NCBI GenBank assembly: GCA_903828805.1
Contig: CAIKNO010000330.1
Coordinates: 1,096 to 65,095 of the forward strand
From: an uncultured Sandaracinus sp.
Lineage (GTDB): Bacteria > Myxococcota_A > Polyangia > Polyangiales > Sandaracinaceae
DNA: 64,000 bases
Direction of reading: 5' to 3'
In this document: positions 26,363 to 35,959 of the stretch, in pieces
How positions within the stretch are numbered: position 1 is the first letter of the stretch
How the letters are laid out: each line of letters begins with the position of its first letter
Notes under the pieces: model-generated
What the model was told of the DNA's origin: nothing
The model's input: the letters and a program-made list of their open reading frames with translations, nothing else
The model's database searches: none
Made by a program: the position numbers and the translations under genes

Positions 26363-27377
26363 CCCCGTGCCACGGCACGTCGGCGCCTTCGGCCGGGAGA
26401 TCCTCGACCCGCACCATCGCGCCGCCGGTGGCGACGTAGAGATCGCGGCACCCGAGCGGCCCCGCGCCGAACTCGAGGCCCGCCGCGGCGTCGAGCCCGC
26501 CGACCACGTTGGTCCGGTTCGTCCCGTCGGCCTCGAAGCGCACCACGTCGCCCGCGCCATTGAGCGACACGTAGATCCGACCCTCGACGTCGAGGGCGAG
26601 CCCGTCCGCGGCGCCGACGCCCCGCACGAGCGTCTCGCGCGCCGTCTCCGCCCCGGCCGCGTCGAGCGTGAGCCGCACGATGGTACCCGCCTGGTAGCTC
26701 GCCACCAGCAGGTGCCCGTCGGCCTCGAACGCCACCCCGTTCGCGCCGAGAATCGGGCTCGACGTGACCTGCGTGGCGGTGCCAGAGGTGCCTTCGAGCG
26801 CCACGCGAAGCACCGCATCCCCGCCGAAATCGCTGAAATAGAGCGCGCCGTCGGGCCCCAGCGTGAGCCCGTTCGGCGCGCCTGCCCCGGAGACGAACAC
26901 CGTCGCGGCCGGCGTCGCTGCGCCGAGGTCGATCCGATGGATGGAACCGGTCGACGGCGAGCCCACGTACAAGGTCTCGTTGCGGGCATCGAGCGCGAGC
27001 CCCCAGACCGTCGAGGCGCCCGAGATCCTGACCCACCGAGGTTCCGGCGCGCCCCCGACGCGCAGACGTCCGACGCCGCCGGACTGCGAACAGTAGAGCG
27101 TGCCGTCCCGGCCGATCACGACCCCTTCGGTGCCCCGAATGGCCGCGACGTCCGGACGCTCCGCGCCACAGGCCGACGGGCCTGCGTCCGCCCCGGCATC
27201 GACGACGGCCGACGCATCCGCCGGCTCCGTCGAGGCGTCGACCGAGCCATCGGACGGGTCCCCCGGGCCCCCATCGGGGACCGGGACCGCACCGCCGTCG
27301 GCGACCGGCTCGGGGGTTGGACCGCCGCAGGCGGAGAGGGCGAGCAGACACGCGACGAACCGCAGGGAACGCTTCAT
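26352..27377 (-). CDS. SMP-30/gluconolactonase/LRE-like beta-propeller lipoprotein
   Basis: Track ORF trimmed to ATG 27375-27377. The N-terminus MKRSLRFVACLLALSACGG carries a lipobox. Repeated propeller-blade motifs are present: PNGLTLGPDGALYFSD, ANGVAFEADGHLLVA, ADGLALDVEGRIYVS. Confidence 0.75.
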   Translation of the reverse strand: MKRSLRFVACLLALSACGGPTPEPVADGGAVPVPDGGPGDPSDGSVDASTEPADASAVVDAGADAGPSACGAERPDVAAIRGTEGVVIGRDGTLYCSQSGGVGRLRVGGAPEPRWVRISGASTVWGLALDARNETLYVGSPSTGSIHRIDLGAATPAATVFVSGAGAPNGLTLGPDGALYFSDFGGDAVLRVALEGTSGTATQVTSSPILGANGVAFEADGHLLVASYQAGTIVRLTLDAAGAETARETLVRGVGAADGLALDVEGRIYVSLNGAGDVVRFEADGTNRTNVVGGLDAAAGLEFGAGPLGCRDLYVATGGAMVRVEDLPAEGADVPWHGAGG

Positions 27378-27525
27378 GGCGGCAGAGTGTCTCACGGCGG
27401 GGCTCGCATGGCCCGCGGACCGAGCGGCCCGACGTCTCGGGCTGCACGGCGCCTTCCCGGGCGATCGGCCGTTCCTTGCAGACTCTTCGCCCATTCCGCT
27501 CGGACTCGCGTACGCTGGAGTTCAC

Positions 27526-29220
27526 GTGAGTCCTCCGACCGAACTACCGGACCCCGACGAATTCGACTTCGAAGACGGGGAGACGAGCGTGGGCACCGAC
27601 CTGTTCGGGACCCAGCAGGTGCCCGACTACCCCGTGCTGAGCCAGCTCGGGCGCTACGAGATCCTCGGGCGGATCGCCCGCGGCGGCATGGCCGAGGTCT
27701 ACCTCGCGCGCTGCCGCGAGGACGACGGATCGGTTCGTCACGTCGTCGTGAAGCGCGTGCTCACAGAGCTGCAACGCGACCCGGCCATCCTCCAGATGTT
27801 CCTCGAGGAAGGGCACATCGCGCACCGGCTCTTCCACCCGAACATCTGCCACGTCTACGAGAGCGGCGAGGTCGACGGCCGCACGTTCATGGCGCTCGAG
27901 TGGGTGCACGGCACCTCGCTCCGCGAGGCGGTGCAGCGCGCCGGTCCCCGCGGCGCGCTTCCGTTGCCGGTGGTGGCCCACGTCATCGCCCGGGTCGCCG
28001 ACGCGCTGGAGTACGTTCACCACGCGACCGGCATCGACGGGCGACCCCTCTCGATCATCCACCAGGACGTCACGCCCCACAACGTGATGATCAACTGGCG
28101 CGGGCAGGTGAAGCTGCTCGACTTCGGCATCGCGAAGACCGCCGCGCAGGCCAAGACCGGTGCCGCGACCCCGCAGGGCAAGTACGAGTACATGTCCCCC
28201 GAGCAGGTGCGCGGCGCGCCGATCGACGCGCGCTCCGACGTGTTCGCGCTCGGGGTCTGCCTGTACGAGGGGCTCGCGTCGCGGTCTCTGTACGGTCGTG
28301 ACGGCGGGATGGTGCAGGTGATGACGGCGATCGTCGAGGGCCCGGTCCCGTCGGCGCGGGCCGTCCGGCCCGACGTGCCGCGGGAGCTCGACGTCATCGT
28401 CCAGAAGGCCCTGGCCAAGCGGCCCGAGGAGCGCTGGGCGAGCGCAGGCGAGATGGCCCGCGCGCTCGATGCGTGGATCGCGTCGAAGGGCACGCCCGTC
28501 GCCGACGTGCGCGTCGCGATGTCGATCGGCAGCCTCTACTCCGTGGACGAGAAGACCCCGCTGCCCAAGCACGCGGCGCAGCTGACCGGGGCCCTGCCGG
28601 CGATGACCGACGAGCAGGCCAATGAACTTCTCGATCCGGGCGGCGGGTGGGCCGAGAGCTTCCGACACGACGACTTCGATCCGCCCGCGCCGATCGCCGC
28701 CTTCGCGCCCCCTCCGGCCACCCGAGCGCCGGTTCCTCCGGCGCGGAGCTTGCCGCCCCGCCGACCCTTGCCTCCCGCACCGGGTCTGAGGCCGCCGGCG
28801 TCCGACCTCGGCGCCCCGGCGGCCGGGGCGAGTCCGTTCGCGCACGCGCCGGCCCAGGCATTTCAGCCCGGGGCGAGTCCGTTCGCGCACGCGCCGGCCC
28901 CGGCGTTTCAGCCCGCGGCGCCCGGGGCGAGTTCGTTCGCGCACGCGCAGGCCCCGGCGTTTCAGCCCGCGGCGCCCCACCCGGGCCCAGCCGCGACCTC
29001 GTTCCCATCGGCGCCGGCCGCCACCGTCGGGCCATTGCCTGCCGCCCGGGCCTCGGCTCCAGTCGCCCGCTGGGCGATGGTCCGCAAGGTCGCCCCCTGG
29101 GCGATGGTCCGCAAGGTCGCGCTCGTGGCCCTCGCGGTCCTCGGCGTGGTCACGATCGCGGCAGGGCTCGTGCTCCTCGGGGTCGGGCTCTATCGCCTCG
29201 CGACGACCGGCGCGCTCTGA
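27526..29220 (+). CDS. Hanks-type Ser/Thr protein kinase, C-terminally membrane-anchored
   Basis: Track ORF 27100..29220 trimmed to GTG 27526 (GGAG 8 nt upstream). Kinase blocks are present: GGMAEVYLA, VVVKRV, HQDVTPHNVMI (a non-RD catalytic loop), DFGIAK and YMSPEQ. A Pro-rich repeat region follows, then one TM helix 8 aa from the C-terminus. Confidence 0.85.
   Translation: MSPPTELPDPDEFDFEDGETSVGTDLFGTQQVPDYPVLSQLGRYEILGRIARGGMAEVYLARCREDDGSVRHVVVKRVLTELQRDPAILQMFLEEGHIAHRLFHPNICHVYESGEVDGRTFMALEWVHGTSLREAVQRAGPRGALPLPVVAHVIARVADALEYVHHATGIDGRPLSIIHQDVTPHNVMINWRGQVKLLDFGIAKTAAQAKTGAATPQGKYEYMSPEQVRGAPIDARSDVFALGVCLYEGLASRSLYGRDGGMVQVMTAIVEGPVPSARAVRPDVPRELDVIVQKALAKRPEERWASAGEMARALDAWIASKGTPVADVRVAMSIGSLYSVDEKTPLPKHAAQLTGALPAMTDEQANELLDPGGGWAESFRHDDFDPPAPIAAFAPPPATRAPVPPARSLPPRRPLPPAPGLRPPASDLGAPAAGASPFAHAPAQAFQPGASPFAHAPAPAFQPAAPGASSFAHAQAPAFQPAAPHPGPAATSFPSAPAATVGPLPAARASAPVARWAMVRKVAPWAMVRKVALVALAVLGVVTIAAGLVLLGVGLYRLATTGAL
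28825..28977 (+). repeat. Three tandem coding repeats (45, 54 and 54 nt) encoding GAS[PS]FAHA[PQ]APAFQP(AAP)
   Basis: Units at 28825-28869, 28870-28923 and 28924-28977 are near-identical at the DNA level. Confidence 0.85.
29071..29124 (+). repeat. 27-nt tandem duplication encoding WAMVRKVAP / WAMVRKVAL just before the kinase TM anchor
   Basis: TGGGCGATGGTCCGCAAGGTCGC occurs at both 29071 and 29098. Confidence 0.85.
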
Positions 29221-29295
29221 TCTCGGGCGGGGCCGGGCGTCTGCACCGAACGGAGTCGCCCGGCGGAGACGCCCAGCGGCGCGCCTCGTGTTCGC

Positions 29296-30924
29296 TCACA
29301 CGCCCCTCGGCTCGAGCCACGAGAAGAACGTCGCCATGCACGCCCGCTGCTCGGGCGGCATGTACTCGAAGTTCCGCCCGCGATCGATGATCTCCCAGAA
29401 ATCCTTGGTGGTGACGCCCTCGAGCGCCGCGCGGATCTGCGCGCGCCGCGCCGGCGGCTCGTCCCTCAGGTCGTCGGCGATCCTCCGCGCGCGGGCCTCC
29501 TCGCCTCGCCACAGGTAATACGCCGCGAGCTTGACCTGGGCCTTGCGGACCCCGAGCAACGCGCTCTCCTGCGACTGCGAGCGCAGCGGTCGGTCGAGCT
29601 CGAGGAACTGCGAGAGCATCTCGTCCTGGTCGGCGCGGCCGAGCTCGTGGGCCTGCTGGCAGAGGGTCCCGACGTCGTACGCGATGGTCTCGGTCACGAA
29701 CGTGAGCTTCATGTCGAAGCTCACGTGACCGTAATAGATCATGTGCCGCACGCCCTCACGGGCCGCGTCCGCGCTGCCGTCGCGCAGCAGCGACTCGACC
29801 AGGAGCCGGTACTGGTTGAGCACGTTGTACGCGGTGCGGACCTCGCGCGCGTTGAGCGTCGCGCGGAGGTAGCTGTTCATGAACCGGTAGACGAGCCCCA
29901 CGAGCTCCGCGTCGCCGGCCCGGCTCGCGGCCTCCCCCACGTAGCGCGTGTCGATCGCGATCAGGTAGTTGATGTCGCGCATCGAGCCCAGCGCCTCGTT
30001 GTAGATGCCGAGGTACTGCCGCATCACCTTCCACTCGACCCAGGTCCGCCGCCCCTCGAGATCGACGAGGGACTCCGGGTCCATCGCGACGAAGTCCGGG
30101 TTGTCGCGGAGGCCTTCGCCCAGCCGGAACCATCCCTCGCTCGCGCGCGGCTTCAGCTCGAGGTACGCGAGCGCGAAGTCCCGCAGCGCATCGACCGCGC
30201 CGCTCGCGATGATCTTGTCCTTGCCGCTGATCGAGTTGCTCGTCAGGTCGGTGAGTTCTTCCATGCCCCCGAGGGTCGACGACTGCGCGGCCGCGATCTC
30301 CGCAGGATCCCGCGCCGCCGCCCCGCGCTCCGCCTGCCGGATCGCATCCCGCCGGATTCGCCGCACGATGTTCATCGGCTCGAGGAACCAGAACACGTAG
30401 CCGAAGTAGGGCGCCATCAGCACGAGGCCGATCGTCGTCATCCCCATCATCGCCAGCAGCGCGGCGCGGGGCACGAAGTCGTGGTGCAACGAGAAGCTCG
30501 TCCACACGCCGACCACGCACGCGACGAGGTAGAACCCCATCACCCCGAGGTTGACGCGGTCCCGGAGGAACATCCTGGCGACGCCGGTGTACCTGTCCGC
30601 CGAGAGCTGCACGATGATCGAGACGACCGTCACGACGATGCCGAAGATCGTCGCGATGTTGCCGGCGAGCGAACTGATCGCGTCGGTGATCGTGACCGGG
30701 TCGAAGTCGAGGAAGCGCTCGAGCGCGTTCTCCGCGCTGTGGTCGTGCGGCCCCCCGAAGAAGCGGTGGTCGAGCGTGTAGCTGGTCGCGAACACGAAGA
30801 GCGCCGCGCCGAGCAGCACGGCGATGGGCAGCGCCCACGTCCTGCCGACCGAGCGCGTCCGCCCCTCCCGCGCCCTCGATCTGCGTTCTTCGTCGTTCGG
30901 CACGCGCGGAGTATCCCCGCGCAC
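29296..30924 (-). CDS. DUF2254-like membrane protein
   Basis: N-terminal TM helices with the family-like block VSIIVQLSADRYTGVARMFLRDRVNLGVMGFYL, followed by a large soluble domain. The track start is a GTG and the exact start is uncertain. Confidence 0.6.
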   Translation of the reverse strand: MRGDTPRVPNDEERRSRAREGRTRSVGRTWALPIAVLLGAALFVFATSYTLDHRFFGGPHDHSAENALERFLDFDPVTITDAISSLAGNIATIFGIVVTVVSIIVQLSADRYTGVARMFLRDRVNLGVMGFYLVACVVGVWTSFSLHHDFVPRAALLAMMGMTTIGLVLMAPYFGYVFWFLEPMNIVRRIRRDAIRQAERGAAARDPAEIAAAQSSTLGGMEELTDLTSNSISGKDKIIASGAVDALRDFALAYLELKPRASEGWFRLGEGLRDNPDFVAMDPESLVDLEGRRTWVEWKVMRQYLGIYNEALGSMRDINYLIAIDTRYVGEAASRAGDAELVGLVYRFMNSYLRATLNAREVRTAYNVLNQYRLLVESLLRDGSADAAREGVRHMIYYGHVSFDMKLTFVTETIAYDVGTLCQQAHELGRADQDEMLSQFLELDRPLRSQSQESALLGVRKAQVKLAAYYLWRGEEARARRIADDLRDEPPARRAQIRAALEGVTTKDFWEIIDRGRNFEYMPPEQRACMATFFSWLEPRGV

Positions 30925-30982
30925 GACGCCCCTGCAAAGCCGCCTGAAAGAAGGCGTCGCCCGCAGGCCACACGCCGCGCGC

Positions 30983-32569
30983 TCAGGCCGCCACGGCGGG
31001 GACGGGTCCCGTCCGGATCAGGTGGTCGAACGCCGAGAGGGCGGCCTTCGCCCCGTCGCCCATCGCGATCACGATCTGCTTGTAGGGCACCGTCGTCACG
31101 TCGCCCGCCGCGAACACCCCGGGCACCGACGTCTGCCCGCGCGCGTCCACCTCGATCTCTCCCCGCGGGCTGAGCGCGAGGGTCCCCGCGAGCCAGTCGG
31201 TGTTCGGGGAGAGCCCGATCTGGACGAACACCCCGTCGAGGGCGAGCTCGCGCTCGACGCGGGAGGCCCTGTCCCGGTGTCGCAGGCCGGTCACCTTCGC
31301 CCCGTCGCCGACGACCTCGAGGGTCTGCGCGTGGGTGACGATCTCGACGTTCGGCAAGCTGCGGAGCCTCGCCACGAGCACCGCGTCGGCCCGCAGCGCC
31401 GGCTCGAACTCCAGCAGGGTCACGTGGCGCACCAGCCCCGCGAGATCGATGGCCGCCTCGACGCCCGAGTTGCCGCCCCCGACGACCGCGACCCTCTTGC
31501 CCTCGAACAGGGGGCCGTCGCAGTGCGGGCAGTAGGCCACGCCGCGGCCGCGGTACGCCCGCTCTCCGGGCACGTTCAGCTCGCGCCAGCGGGCCCCGGT
31601 CGCGAGGATGACCGTGCGGGCCGAGAGCGTGGCGCCGCCCTCGAGGCGCACGCGCGACAGGCCGTCCGCGTCCGGGGGCGAGAGGGCGGCCCCGCGCTCT
31701 TGCAGGATCAACTCGACGTCGTGATCGGCGACGTGCGCCTCGAGGGCGCGCGCGAGCCTCGGCCCCTCCGTCGCCGGCGCCGCGATCAGGTTCTCGATGC
31801 CCATCGTGTCGAGCACTTGGCCCCCGAAACGGTCCGCGACGACGCCCGTGCGGATCCCTTTGCGGGCCGCGTAGATCGCCGCCGCGGCGCCCGCCGGACC
31901 ACCGCCGACGACGAGCACGTCGAAGGGCTCGAGATCCTGCAGCCGGTCGGCGCGGGCAGAGGCGGCCTGGGCCGCGCGGCCCACGTCGACCTTCTGCAGG
32001 ATCTCCTCGAGCGACATCCGACCCTGGCCGAGGGGGGCTCCGTTCACGAAGACCGCCGGCACCGCCATCAGGCCCCGGGCGGCCACCTCGTCGGGGAACA
32101 CGGCCCCGTCGACCATCGTGCTCGTGATGCGGGGGTTCAGCACCGCGAGCACGTTCAGCGCCTGCACGACGTCGGGGCAGTTGTGGCACGAGAGCGACAC
32201 GAAGACCTCGCACGCGAGCGGGCCCTCGAGCGCCTCGATCCGCGCGCGGGTGGCCGCGTCGATCCGGGGCGGGTGCCCGCCCACCTGCAGGAGCGCGAGC
32301 ACGAGCGAGGTGAACTCGTGGCCCATCGGGACGCCGGCGAATCGGACGCGCGCCTCCTGCCCGGGCCGCCCGATCGAGAACGACGGGCGCCGGTCGTCCT
32401 GCCCATCGAGGCGGACCGAGATCGACGCGCTGAGCGCCCCGAGATCGGCGAGTAGCGTGCGGAGCGCGTCGGAGGACGCCGACGCATCGAGCGAGGCGCG
32501 GAGCTCGATCGGGTGCGCGATGCGGGCGAGGTGACCCTTCAACTGGGTCTCGAGCGTGGGGTCCAGCAT
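30983..32569 (-). CDS. ahpF: Alkyl hydroperoxide reductase subunit F
   Basis: Trimmed to ATG 32567-32569 ([11 protein letters not shown]). It has the N-terminal thioredoxin-like CHNC, the FAD motif [21 protein letters not shown], the redox centre CPHCDG and the NAD motif [12 protein letters not shown]. It lies directly downstream of ahpC. Confidence 0.95.
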   Translation of the reverse strand: MLDPTLETQLKGHLARIAHPIELRASLDASASSDALRTLLADLGALSASISVRLDGQDDRRPSFSIGRPGQEARVRFAGVPMGHEFTSLVLALLQVGGHPPRIDAATRARIEALEGPLACEVFVSLSCHNCPDVVQALNVLAVLNPRITSTMVDGAVFPDEVAARGLMAVPAVFVNGAPLGQGRMSLEEILQKVDVGRAAQAASARADRLQDLEPFDVLVVGGGPAGAAAAIYAARKGIRTGVVADRFGGQVLDTMGIENLIAAPATEGPRLARALEAHVADHDVELILQERGAALSPPDADGLSRVRLEGGATLSARTVILATGARWRELNVPGERAYRGRGVAYCPHCDGPLFEGKRVAVVGGGNSGVEAAIDLAGLVRHVTLLEFEPALRADAVLVARLRSLPNVEIVTHAQTLEVVGDGAKVTGLRHRDRASRVERELALDGVFVQIGLSPNTDWLAGTLALSPRGEIEVDARGQTSVPGVFAAGDVTTVPYKQIVIAMGDGAKAALSAFDHLIRTGPVPAVAA

Positions 32570-32651
32570 GGGATGGCTCCAGGAAGGTGGAAGGTTTCGG
32601 TGGGGGGCCCCGACGCCACGGTCGGGCACCGGTGCGGTCGCAGGCGCGCCG

Positions 32652-33230
32652 TCAGAGCTTGCCGACGAGGTCGAGCGAGGGCGCGAGCGTGGCCGCGCCC
32701 GGCGTCCACTTCGCCGGGCAGACCTCGCCGGGGTGCGACGCGACGTAGAGCGCGGCCTGCACCTTGCGGAGCAGCTCCCGGGCGTCGCGGCCGATCCCGT
32801 TGTCGTGGATCTCGCAGAGCTTGATGACGCCTTGGGGGTTGACGACGAACGTGCCCCGCAACGCGAGGCCGTCCTCCTCGACCATGACGCCGAAGTTCCG
32901 CGCGAGCGTGCCGGTCGGGTCGCCGACGAGGGGGTAGCGGACCTTGCCGACCGTGTCGGAGTGGTCGTGCCAGGCCTTGTGGGTGAAGTGCGTATCGGTG
33001 CTCACGCCGTAGAGCTCGACGCCGAGGGCGCGGAAGGTCTCGTGATGGTCGGCGAGGTCGCCGAGCTCGGTCGGGCAGACGAAGGTGAAGTCGGCCGGGT
33101 AGAAGAAGAGCACCGACCACCGGCCCAGGAGGTCGGCCTCGGTCACCGGGACGAACTGTCCCTCGTGGTAGGCGGTCGCGCGGAAGGGCTGCACCGTGGT
33201 GTTGATGAGGGACGCGTGGCTCTTGGACAT
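32652..33230 (-). CDS. ahpC: Peroxiredoxin AhpC (typical 2-Cys)
   Basis: Trimmed to ATG 33228-33230 (GAGGAG RBS). The peroxidatic motif [13 protein letters not shown] and the resolving Cys in GEVCPAKW are present. Confidence 0.95.
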   Translation of the reverse strand: MSKSHASLINTTVQPFRATAYHEGQFVPVTEADLLGRWSVLFFYPADFTFVCPTELGDLADHHETFRALGVELYGVSTDTHFTHKAWHDHSDTVGKVRYPLVGDPTGTLARNFGVMVEEDGLALRGTFVVNPQGVIKLCEIHDNGIGRDARELLRKVQAALYVASHPGEVCPAKWTPGAATLAPSLDLVGKL

Positions 33231-33325
33231 GGGGAACTCCTCTCGAGGTGGGACACCGACGAACCGATGAGGGCACCGTGGCGTGGGCCGTCGAGCCGCG
33301 CCGACACATCGTTCCGAACGCTCCG

Positions 33326-33340
33326 ATAGGACGCCGCTAT
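33326..33340. promoter_or_regulatory. LysR/OxyR-type box ATAG-N7-CTAT upstream of ahpC
   Basis: ATAGGACGCCGCTAT lies about 100 nt upstream of the ahpC start in the divergent intergenic region. It matches the T-N11-A LysR core and the OxyR half-site pattern. Only one clear half-site pair is visible. Confidence 0.35.
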
Positions 33341-33463
33341 CGCGCTCCACGCGGGCGACGGGCCCCGGGAATGCAGGCCGGCAGCCTCGAGACCGGGGGA
33401 TCGACGCCTCCCGCGCACGACGCCCCTGCACCCCCCGAGGTGGCTGGACTATCCTCGCGGGCG

Positions 33464-34570
33464 ATGCGGAGACGATTCGCCGTGGCTGCGACGCTCGCCT
33501 GGCTCGCCTGGGCGGGGCTGGCCACGGCCGACGACGACGAGATCCGCGCGGCGACGCTGGTCCGGACGGACTCCGATGGGACCCAGGTCGTGTCGCCCTC
33601 GGCGCGCGGCCGCGTGCAGGTCCTCGACGAGGACACGCACTTCGACGTCGAGTACGTCGCCGACGTGTGGACCAGCGCGTCCATCGACGTCCGCACCGCG
33701 GCGACCCTGCCGGTGACCGAGCAGCGGGACGAGATCGACGTGGGGCTCGACCGGCGCTTCGAGGATGTCCTGGTGCGCGGCAGCTACCGGTACTCCGCGG
33801 AGCACGACTACCAGAGCCACGGCGGCACCCTCTCGGGCAGCGCCGACTTCGCCGATCACAACACCACGCTCGAGCTGCGCCTCACGGCCCAGCACGACAC
33901 CATCGGCCGCTCCGGCGATCCCCTCTTCCAGAGGCCGCAGACGGTGTTCGGGGGGCGCGCCGCGTACACGCAGGTCATCGACCCGAACATGCTCGTGCAG
34001 GCCGCCTACGAGCTCGTGCGGGTGGAGGGCTTCCAGAGCTCGCCGTACCGGTTCGTGGGCATCGGCGGCGATGGCCGATGCGCTGGCACCGCGCAGCTCT
34101 GCGTGCCCGAGACGCACCCCGATGCCCGTACCCGACACGCGATCGTCGTGCGCGCGCGGCGGGCCCTGGACGACCAGCTCTCGCTGCACGCCGACTACCG
34201 GTTCTACGCCGACGACTGGGGCCTTCTCGCGCACACCGCGGCGGTGCAAGCCAGCTGGATGCACGACGAGCGGGGGCTCTTCGCGCTGCGCTATCGCTTC
34301 CACGACCAGGGGGCCGCGGCCTTCTACCGATCGAGCTATCCGATGCCCACCTTCACGCTCCTCTACGCGTCCCGGGACCGCGAGCTGTCCCCGCTGACGA
34401 GCCATCGCGTCTCGCTCGCCTACGAGCGCGAGTTCGAGCTGGGCGAGGCCGGGCCGCCGCTCCGGGTGGCGGTGGCGCTCGGCGGCACCGCGCTCGACTA
34501 CCACGACTTCGTCGGGCTCTCGCAGGTGCTCGCCGGCGACGCGACCCTCTCGCTCTCGGTGGAGCTGTGA
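33464..34570 (+). CDS. DUF3570 family outer-membrane protein
   Basis: Track ORF 33248..34570 trimmed to ATG 33464. The N-terminus MRRRFAVAATLAWLAWAGLATA is a signal peptide. The DUF3570-like start is RTDSDGTQVVSP...YVADVWTSASIDV, followed by beta-strand-rich sequence. Confidence 0.75.
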   Translation: MRRRFAVAATLAWLAWAGLATADDDEIRAATLVRTDSDGTQVVSPSARGRVQVLDEDTHFDVEYVADVWTSASIDVRTAATLPVTEQRDEIDVGLDRRFEDVLVRGSYRYSAEHDYQSHGGTLSGSADFADHNTTLELRLTAQHDTIGRSGDPLFQRPQTVFGGRAAYTQVIDPNMLVQAAYELVRVEGFQSSPYRFVGIGGDGRCAGTAQLCVPETHPDARTRHAIVVRARRALDDQLSLHADYRFYADDWGLLAHTAAVQASWMHDERGLFALRYRFHDQGAAAFYRSSYPMPTFTLLYASRDRELSPLTSHRVSLAYEREFELGEAGPPLRVAVALGGTALDYHDFVGLSQVLAGDATLSLSVEL

Positions 34571-35880
34571 GCCGACATCCCGTCACCGCGCGCGGAATCC
34601 GCGGGGGCGCGGCCGCGCTCGCGCTCGCGTTCGCAGCCTCCGTGGCCCACGCGCAGCCACCCTCGACGTCCGGCCCAGGGCGCGCGACGGAGGGGGCCGA
34701 CGCCGCGTTCGAGGCCTCGATCGCCGAGGGCGAGGGCGCGCACGCGGCGCGCACGGCGACCCTGATGGTCCTCGCGGCGCGCGACACGCCGGACGCGGTT
34801 CTCCGCGACGCGCGCGCCCTCCTCGCGGAGGCCGGCACGCTCGTCGATCCGGACGGCTACGAGCGCGAAGCGCGCGCACGGGGGCTGCCTCCAGAGAGCG
34901 CCGAGGCGATGGCCGCGATCCTGCCCATCACCCATCCGGAGCTGAGCCTCGTGGTCGTGGTCGGCGTCAACAGCCCCACCCGACCGACGCTCGTGTCGCT
35001 CGCCTACCACGATCCCTTCGGGCTCCGGATGCTCGACGAAGATCACCCGATCGCCGGCGGGGTGATGACCGGCTCGGCGCGGGTCCGTGCCCTGGCCGAG
35101 GCGCGTCTCGCGCTGGCGGTCGTCACCCGGCCGGTGGGCGGCCTGCAAGAGGTCGGCGGAGGCGTGGTGCCGGGCGAGCGCGCCCCGGGGCTCGCGGTGC
35201 ACGTCGGGGTCGCCGCCGGCGCGGGGATCGGCACGCGCGACTTCGAGCTCGCGACCGGGACCGGCGTCCTCGCGCTCGGCACCACGGTGTTCCCCGCCGC
35301 GGCGATGCAGCTCTCGGTGGATGTCGAGCCGACGGCGCGCGGCCAGGAGACGCTCGGCTTCGACCTCGAATACCAGACGAGCTTCGGACTCGTCACGACG
35401 GACATGCGGGTGGACGGCAGCCTCCGCGAGACCGGCTCGCGCAGCCAGCGGATCGTCGCCGCGCTCCGGCTGCTCCACCGCTTCGACGAGGCGCTCGACG
35501 CGCCCTCGCTGACGCTCTCACTGGCGTGGTCGGCGCTCAGCTTCTCGTCGATCGCGCCCGTCACGCTGCCCGACTACGGCCTGCAAGGGCCCGTGCTCGC
35601 CATCGGCGTGATCGTGCCCTTCGCGGGCGGCGCGGCCAGCCTCGTGCTCGTCCCCGAGGCGCAGTGGGTGGCCCTCGTGGGAGACTCGCTCGCCGCGCTC
35701 GGCGCGTCGCCGAACGGCTTCGCCCTGGGCGGTTCGGCCCGCCTCCGGGTGCGGCTGCTCGACCAGCTCTTCGGAGAGCTCGCCGTCCGCGAGAGCCACG
35801 CGTTTCTCGAGACCGCGTCCCCGGGCGGCGGGCGGGACGTGGAGCGCTTCGCGACGGTGCGCCTCGAGTACCGCCCCTGA
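34567..35880 (+). CDS. Hypothetical exported (probably outer-membrane) protein
   Basis: Only the part of track ORF 33283..35880 after GTG 34567 is protein-like (GTGA overlap with the DUF3570 stop). It has signal peptide GGAAALALAFAASVAHA and a beta-rich C-terminal half. I recognise no family. Confidence 0.65.
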   Translation: MSRHPVTARGIRGGAAALALAFAASVAHAQPPSTSGPGRATEGADAAFEASIAEGEGAHAARTATLMVLAARDTPDAVLRDARALLAEAGTLVDPDGYEREARARGLPPESAEAMAAILPITHPELSLVVVVGVNSPTRPTLVSLAYHDPFGLRMLDEDHPIAGGVMTGSARVRALAEARLALAVVTRPVGGLQEVGGGVVPGERAPGLAVHVGVAAGAGIGTRDFELATGTGVLALGTTVFPAAAMQLSVDVEPTARGQETLGFDLEYQTSFGLVTTDMRVDGSLRETGSRSQRIVAALRLLHRFDEALDAPSLTLSLAWSALSFSSIAPVTLPDYGLQGPVLAIGVIVPFAGGAASLVLVPEAQWVALVGDSLAALGASPNGFALGGSARLRVRLLDQLFGELAVRESHAFLETASPGGGRDVERFATVRLEYRP

Positions 35881-35959
35881 CCCCGGGGACTGCGCCGACC
35901 GACGTGCGCCTCGGACCTTCACGCGCCTCCCGACGCGCGGCGCGCTAGCCTCGGGGTGC

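Noticed and set aside
11-26439. Other long Arg/Pro-rich track ORFs, for example 11..2254(+), 1726..3459(+), 16974..20855(+), 18916..20583(-), 20898..24254(+), 21439..23706(-) and 23518..26439(+).
   Set aside because: They have the same artefact signature. Each is antisense or out of frame relative to a gene with clear family motifs, and none carries a recognisable domain.
28825-28977. Tandem repeats considered as a possible CRISPR array or minisatellite locus.
   Set aside because: The repeats are contiguous with no spacers, are in frame within the kinase gene, and encode a Pro-rich peptide repeat. No cas genes are present.
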